Below, piece after piece: positions 58,466 through 64,000 of a stretch of 64,000 nt of DNA. Location of the stretch: contig CALJHE010000006.1 of assembly GCA_938075675.1 (NCBI GenBank), positions 88,415 through 152,414 of the forward strand, written 5' to 3'. Source of the DNA: Candidatus Poseidoniaceae archaeon. Its GTDB lineage: Archaea > Thermoplasmatota > Poseidoniia > Poseidoniales > Poseidoniaceae. Within the stretch, counting starts at the first letter, position 1. The number at the start of each line of letters is the position of its first letter. Below the pieces are notes generated by a model that ran no database searches, was not told the DNA's origin, and saw only the letters and a program-made list of their open reading frames with translations. The position numbers and the translations under genes are program-made.

Positions 58466-59506
58466 ATGGCACAAGTTCGGTATGCGATATCGGGCAGCCC
58501 TGTGACCCATTCTCTCTCACCTTTACTTCACGGTTTGGTCCTGGCCAACCTCGAAAAGTTTGGTGATGATGTTGAATTGAAAAGTAAAAACTCATCAGTG
58601 CACTTGGTCGATACACGTGCGATTGAGGACGCATTGGGGTGGGGGTATGCTGGGCACGCACCCGATGCTCCGGACTGGGAGTACACGGGCGCTCCGTTCG
58701 GTAAGTTCCGTACCGATGCTTTGCTGAAGAAGGCAATTGATGCAGCAATGGCAATCGAAGACGCAGAACAGCGACTTGTCTCTGTTTCTGATTCGAATCC
58801 CGTCGTGCCGTTAACATCTGAAAACCGATACCTTGAGGAAGCTGCCCGCAGGCATCTGCCAACGCAATGCCTCGAAAATGAAGTTTGGATGAACCTTACC
58901 TCACCTCTCAAACACCAACTTGCAAGCGACGCAATTTCGACAATTGATGACTCGATGCGCCTTCAATCCGTTAACACATTGCGGTGGGACGGTCAAGCAT
59001 GGTGGTGTGCGAGTGTCGATGGTTCTGGCGTAGTTGCATTGGCCCATCATCATGGCGTCGACATCAAATCAGGCGCGGTTCTTGGCATCATTGGCGGAGG
59101 GGGAGCCGCACGTTCAACAGCGGATGCCTGGATTAAGGCAGGTGGGAAAATCTCTGCCCTTCCGGGGCGACGTCACCTCGAATTGCCGTACGAGTTCGAA
59201 TCGCAATCATCGACCGGAACTGTTGATTTCTCTGTGGACTTTGAAGGCAGCGATTCGGATGATTCACAGTTTCCAAAGTGTAGACTACGGCTAAACCCTA
59301 CATACGGCCTTCAATCCGGTGACCTGGAGACTCGCTTCTCCGCATTGATGAGTCAACCGCTCGATGGTCGATGGATGCTCGTCGCTCAGCATTTAGAAGC
59401 GTGGAAACGGCTCTGGACTCCTCAGTATGCTCATTTTCTTCCCTCATTGGAACTTCTCCTCACACAATTGGTTCATGCTGAAAATCTGCTTGCAAAATAC
59501 GCATGA
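58466..59506 (+). CDS. aroE: Divergent shikimate dehydrogenase-like protein with a large insertion
   Basis: GSPVTHSLSPLLH, NLTSPLK, SVNTL, VDGSG, GGGGAARS, DGRWMLVAQ. Confidence 0.75.
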   Translation: MAQVRYAISGSPVTHSLSPLLHGLVLANLEKFGDDVELKSKNSSVHLVDTRAIEDALGWGYAGHAPDAPDWEYTGAPFGKFRTDALLKKAIDAAMAIEDAEQRLVSVSDSNPVVPLTSENRYLEEAARRHLPTQCLENEVWMNLTSPLKHQLASDAISTIDDSMRLQSVNTLRWDGQAWWCASVDGSGVVALAHHHGVDIKSGAVLGIIGGGGAARSTADAWIKAGGKISALPGRRHLELPYEFESQSSTGTVDFSVDFEGSDSDDSQFPKCRLRLNPTYGLQSGDLETRFSALMSQPLDGRWMLVAQHLEAWKRLWTPQYAHFLPSLELLLTQLVHAENLLAKYA

Positions 59507-59552
59507 AGCCCAAAGCGATTAGAATGAGGAAGTGAAGGAGAGAACGGTTCAC

Positions 59553-62348
59553 ATGGATATGAAGTTGCGCACAATGTGCTTGTTGGTGCTCCTCGGACTT
59601 TTGTTTCCGAGTCTAACAGGACTCGTGTCTGCGAACCATCCTCCCGAAGACCAATCGTTCACAACACCGCACTCGGGTGTCGATTTCCCAGTAGGTTGGG
59701 AAGACCTCACCTACTTTACTGGATCTGGATTCACGACCGTACAGCGCGACTACAGGCTGCTCTATCCGGCTATGACGTCCGGCGAAGGGGCTGACATGGC
59801 AGGGAATGGTCCATTTCCAAACGTACAGTTTCTCATAGATACGGGTGAATCTTCCTCTTCCTACATGGATTTCGCATCGCGCCTGGTCCAAAGAGGATTC
59901 ATGGTGGCCGTTCACGATGACGTTTTAGACTCCACTAACTTTCCTACAATCCTTCGGCATGTGACTGGTGTACAAAGTGAATTGGAGCAACTAAACAACA
60001 CCAGCAGCAGTTCAATAGCAGGCACCTTCGGCCAATTTGATCTCAACCATTGGGGTGTTGGCGGGCATGGTGTTGGTGCTGCTGCAGCCTACGGTATCTA
60101 TCCATATTGGATGAATTCCACACTTGAAGGTCAAGTTCAACCTCCAAGAGCCGTTTTTGGGTTAGGGGCTGATTTCGAAGATTGGGATGATGACCATTGG
60201 GATGAATTGGCACCTGATGATTGGATACATTCTCCGGCATCGCCTTCTGCAGGTCTGTTTCTTACCGGTTCAGCAGACGAAGTGTTTTCTTCGTCAGAGG
60301 TCGAAAATACGTTATCTGCCGGGAGTGGATTCGGTTGGCAGTTGATGGAAGTGCTGGGTGCAAACCATTACCAGTATCAGGAATCAACTTCTATCATTGA
60401 AGGATTTAATGACGGTGATGCATCGATATCACAAGAAGAACAAAATGCAATTGCTGCAGAACATATCAATGATTATTTGGATGTCACATTGCGTGGTTCA
60501 CATGAACATTTCCGAGACGCTTTCAATCGGCCTATGGGTCCTCATGTCGTGAGTGATTCAAATGCTTACATCGTTGAAAACCTCCTTGAGAGTGATTTCC
60601 TTTTGGTTCAAAATACAACTCTCTCGCCAAACGGAACAACGACTTTCGGACCTCAAGTTACGGTGAATTTCTTTGCCGAATGGACCATGAGAGACGGACG
60701 TACTTACTCGGATTTGCCCAGTGGATGGGATTTGAACATTGAATGCTCTGTTTCTGGCATGGAACTCACGGAAGGTCAGTTCAATTCCAATGGAACGGCA
60801 ACATGTTTGTTCCCTATGCAAGATGTTGCGCCTGGACCCCAAACTGCTACCATTCGAATATATGTCGAAGGTGCATCCTCGACTCTCACCTTTTCTTTCA
60901 TTCGTACTGATGCCCCATTGGTCTTGATCTCTCCACCCCCAATGATTGATGTCGAGCAACGCAGCAGTATTCACATCGATGCTGCCTCTTACGCTTACGA
61001 CCCTGACGGTCAAGAGGTGTTTGTTGAGTCGGCAGAATTTTCAGCAGGCTCGACTGAAGACTTCACCTTCACCATTGACCAAGACCAAAAAGGAATCCAA
61101 ATCTACCATAACGTCGACGGTGAAGAAGTCAATGGTACAGAGATTACCATGGTGCTGAGGGCCGGCGGAGAAGGCGTTGTCGATGAAGCAAACACCACAG
61201 CAATGATACGCGTGGTTCCTGTTGATGACCCTGTTAGCAAGATTTCAGATGTACCCATGCAGAATCTGGTTGAGGACGGTGCTTCTGTTACGGTCAATCT
61301 CTCGCAATATGTGAGTGACCCCGAAGGCGAAGTCTTGTTCGGAACAGTTGGAGGTGATACTGAAGGTGTATACGGGCCAGTGAGTTTCTCGATGTCCAAC
61401 GGCTTGCTCAGTATATCTCCTCTTCCTGATCAAAACGGTGCTACAGTCATGCACCTACTGGTGAGCGACGGAACGACTCTCCCCGTCGAACTTGACGTAC
61501 CGTTGTATGTTGAGCCCGTAAATGACGACATCATCGTCAATGAATCCAATTGGGAAATCACTGTAGCAGAGGATGGAAGCGTTTCAGTCAACCTTTCCGA
61601 TTTAGCATGGGATTTGGACGGTGACAATTTGTTTTGGACCATAGACAGTTCATCCCAGTCGGTCAGTGTTGTGCGCTCTACCGGACAACTCATCATAACA
61701 CCAATTCTCGATTACTCTGGGCAAGACGCTCTTACATCGATCAATGTTACAGACCAGACGATGACCGTGAACCGAGTATTAACCATCAACGTAACCTCTA
61801 TCCCCGATGCTCCTGTTTTGTCGTTGCAAGAATTGAACCTCATCGATTCAACGGCTGGCAGTTTACAGTGGTGGGTTTACGATGCCGATGGCGTTATTCC
61901 TGAGCAAACCGAAGTTCAAGTGAACGGAACTACAATTGAGAATCTCACTCACTCATGCGTTTACGACAGCACAGATTTGACCAACCGATGCCTCTCCATG
62001 CTTCCACTTCCAAGTTCACATAACGGGAGCGTTGAAGTGCGCGTGTCGGTGTTTGACGCCGAGATTGGAGCCAATACGGTTGCTTTCATCACCGTTAACA
62101 TGACTCCATCTGTAAATGAACCAGTGGTTACGGGCGATTCTGAGGAGTCAAATTTGGAAAGTTTGAGTTTCTACATCCTTGGATTCGGCGCAGTGGCTTT
62201 TGTGATTCTTATTGTCTTGTTTGTCGTACTGCGCGATGCGACTTCACCGTCGAAACCGACCACGGAGACGAATGTGACTCCGGAAGTAGAACTCGAAGGT
62301 CCTGCACCAGCTTCCGTAGGCTTACTTGCACGTGCTAAACAGCAGTAG
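59553..62348 (+). CDS. Secreted, membrane-anchored alpha/beta-hydrolase-fold plus cadherin-like repeat protein (nucleophile Ser replaced by Gly)
   Basis: Signal peptide; LLYPA, GFMVA, GGHGVGAA, TGSAD, GANH; cadherin/Big-like YDPDG, VDDP, EDG, VNDD, PDAP repeats; C-terminal TM. Start 59553 or 59559. Confidence 0.8.
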   Translation: MDMKLRTMCLLVLLGLLFPSLTGLVSANHPPEDQSFTTPHSGVDFPVGWEDLTYFTGSGFTTVQRDYRLLYPAMTSGEGADMAGNGPFPNVQFLIDTGESSSSYMDFASRLVQRGFMVAVHDDVLDSTNFPTILRHVTGVQSELEQLNNTSSSSIAGTFGQFDLNHWGVGGHGVGAAAAYGIYPYWMNSTLEGQVQPPRAVFGLGADFEDWDDDHWDELAPDDWIHSPASPSAGLFLTGSADEVFSSSEVENTLSAGSGFGWQLMEVLGANHYQYQESTSIIEGFNDGDASISQEEQNAIAAEHINDYLDVTLRGSHEHFRDAFNRPMGPHVVSDSNAYIVENLLESDFLLVQNTTLSPNGTTTFGPQVTVNFFAEWTMRDGRTYSDLPSGWDLNIECSVSGMELTEGQFNSNGTATCLFPMQDVAPGPQTATIRIYVEGASSTLTFSFIRTDAPLVLISPPPMIDVEQRSSIHIDAASYAYDPDGQEVFVESAEFSAGSTEDFTFTIDQDQKGIQIYHNVDGEEVNGTEITMVLRAGGEGVVDEANTTAMIRVVPVDDPVSKISDVPMQNLVEDGASVTVNLSQYVSDPEGEVLFGTVGGDTEGVYGPVSFSMSNGLLSISPLPDQNGATVMHLLVSDGTTLPVELDVPLYVEPVNDDIIVNESNWEITVAEDGSVSVNLSDLAWDLDGDNLFWTIDSSSQSVSVVRSTGQLIITPILDYSGQDALTSINVTDQTMTVNRVLTINVTSIPDAPVLSLQELNLIDSTAGSLQWWVYDADGVIPEQTEVQVNGTTIENLTHSCVYDSTDLTNRCLSMLPLPSSHNGSVEVRVSVFDAEIGANTVAFITVNMTPSVNEPVVTGDSEESNLESLSFYILGFGAVAFVILIVLFVVLRDATSPSKPTTETNVTPEVELEGPAPASVGLLARAKQQ

Positions 62349-62354
62349 TGTTGC

Positions 62355-63917
62355 TCACAAAGGTATATTGCCGTGCTTCTTGGGAGGACTCCATTCCCGC
62401 TTTGATTGGAGTATGTTGAGGGCGCGGCAAAGGCGTAGTCGACTTTCACTCGGTTCGATGACATCATCGAGCCATCCGTTCCGAGCGGCGACGTATGGGT
62501 CGCCGAATTTTGCTTTGTATTCTGAAATGAGTTGCTGGCGAATCTCTTCACGCTTTTCTTCAGGCGCCTTTTTGATTTCTGTTCTGTGAATGACATTCAC
62601 TGCACCTTCAGCACCCATCACAGCCAACTCTGCGGTTGGCCAAGCAATGTTGTAATCGCTCTGCAAGTGTTTGCATGACATTGCCAAATAAGCACCACCG
62701 TATGCTTTACGAGTGACAAGAGTGAGTTTCGGGACGGTTGCTTCAGCATAGGCAAACAGTAATTTTGCACCGTGGCGAATAATTCCACCCCATTCCTGGA
62801 CTACTCCAGGAAGGAATCCAGGTACATCCTCAAATGTGACCAATGGAATGTTGAATGAATCACAGGTCCGAATGAAACGTGCCGCCTTTATCGAGGCGTC
62901 GATATCAAGGCAACCTGCCAGAACTTTTGGTTGGTTGCCAACGACTCCAATCGTCTTGCCTTCGAGTCGGGCAAATCCGATAATGATGTTATCAGCATAC
63001 GATTCGAAGAGTTCCATGAAGATTCCATCGTCTACAATTTCTTCAACCACTTTGACCATGTCGTATGGCTTGTTTGGGTTATCGGGTACGAAGGTTTCCA
63101 AGTCTGGGTTTAGTCTGTTCGCAGGATCTGCAGTTTCTTCAAACGGGGCATCCGCCATATTGTGGTCGGGTAGATAGGACAGGATTTCTGTTGCCAATGT
63201 GCAAGCGTCTTCTTCGTCCTCTGCAATGAGGCAAGCGATTCCGGAGCGTGATGCGTGAAGTGAGGCGCCGCCGAGACCTGCAGCGTCGATCTCGCCTTCG
63301 ATAACTTCCGGGGTTTCAAGAGGTGATGAGAGGAAGAGTTGCCCATGGTCTTCCCCAAGGATTGTGAAATCCGCTAGGCTTGCTGCGAGTGCCGACACGC
63401 CAACGACCGGTCCAAGGACCAAACTAATCATTGGTATTCTTCCACTGCATTGGACCAACCTGTCGAGGAGTTCCCCCGTACCGGCAAGTGCTGAAATGCC
63501 GTCATGTGCTCGCTGCCCTCCGCCATCCCACATACAGATGATTGGAACTTTTGCTCGCTCAGCCATTTCAATGATCTTGGAGATTTTCTTCGCATGCATC
63601 TCACCCATGCTGCCCCCGTGGACACTGAAATCTTGTGCGAAACAGTAGATTCGTCGGCCATTGACAGTGCCGTGTCCTGCAACGACTCCGTCGCCAAGCG
63701 TATGGTGGAGGAACATTCCATTGTCGGTTGAACGATGGGTGACAAAAGAATCAATTTCGATGAATGAATTCTCATCGAGCAACATTCCGATTCGGTCACG
63801 GGCAGTGCCTCTCCCGCTGCTGCGAATGGCTTCTTGGCGCTTTAAGCCGCCCCCAAGGCGGGCCTGCTCACGCTTGTATTGGAGTTCCTCGAGACGTTCA
63901 CTCGAATTGCCTGCCAT
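62355..63917 (-). CDS. pccB: Acyl-CoA carboxylase carboxyltransferase beta subunit (PccB-like, divergent N-half)
   Basis: GDGVVAGHG, AQDFSVHGGSMG, GFARLEG, DVPGFLPG, GIIRHGAKLL, RKAYGGAY, KKHGNIPL; ATG 63917 after a GGTGGAG RBS. Confidence 0.9.
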   Translation of the reverse strand: MAGNSSERLEELQYKREQARLGGGLKRQEAIRSSGRGTARDRIGMLLDENSFIEIDSFVTHRSTDNGMFLHHTLGDGVVAGHGTVNGRRIYCFAQDFSVHGGSMGEMHAKKISKIIEMAERAKVPIICMWDGGGQRAHDGISALAGTGELLDRLVQCSGRIPMISLVLGPVVGVSALAASLADFTILGEDHGQLFLSSPLETPEVIEGEIDAAGLGGASLHASRSGIACLIAEDEEDACTLATEILSYLPDHNMADAPFEETADPANRLNPDLETFVPDNPNKPYDMVKVVEEIVDDGIFMELFESYADNIIIGFARLEGKTIGVVGNQPKVLAGCLDIDASIKAARFIRTCDSFNIPLVTFEDVPGFLPGVVQEWGGIIRHGAKLLFAYAEATVPKLTLVTRKAYGGAYLAMSCKHLQSDYNIAWPTAELAVMGAEGAVNVIHRTEIKKAPEEKREEIRQQLISEYKAKFGDPYVAARNGWLDDVIEPSESRLRLCRALNILQSKREWSPPKKHGNIPL

Positions 63918-64000
63918 AACTTCTCCACCACTTCTCGGTTTTTGATTCAAGCGCCTAATTCATGAGGAGATTGTTACCTTCTCCACAAAGATTCATTCCG

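Overview
This is an archaeal chromosomal segment. Gene content points to Thermoplasmatota Marine Group II (Ca. Poseidoniales): FlaH/I/J archaellum or type IV pilus motor, PolD small subunit, Nob1, Pelota, archaeal tRNAs, HppA and very large acidic surface proteins. That taxonomic call is inference. The window is gene-dense, with about 42 CDS plus tRNA-Glu(TTC) and tRNA-Val(TAC). I see no mobile element, integrase or CRISPR array. The main candidate for an undescribed system is a 13.8-kb ORF (about 4590 aa, 35140..48906) that reads like a polyprotein: Sec signal, giant multi-domain adhesin, PGF-CTERM-like membrane anchor (PSF...TM...RR), acidic cytoplasmic linker, then an internal archaeal class III signal peptide and a complete ~176-aa type IV pilin. 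It contains two apparently circularly permuted domains and is followed by a four-hairpin RNA structure. It lies downstream of a giant FtsX-type ABC permease and a 1012-aa surface protein. Other points of interest are a ~2370-aa almost pure TSP3-like repeat protein, several apparent pseudo-enzymes (Ser-to-Gly alpha/beta-hydrolase adhesin, PolX with Gln at the third catalytic Asp, degenerate SDR, half-degenerate PccB), and a non-canonical TT(C/G)A(A/T) promoter box about 29 nt upstream of many starts. All family calls come from motif recognition by eye; no database searches were run.
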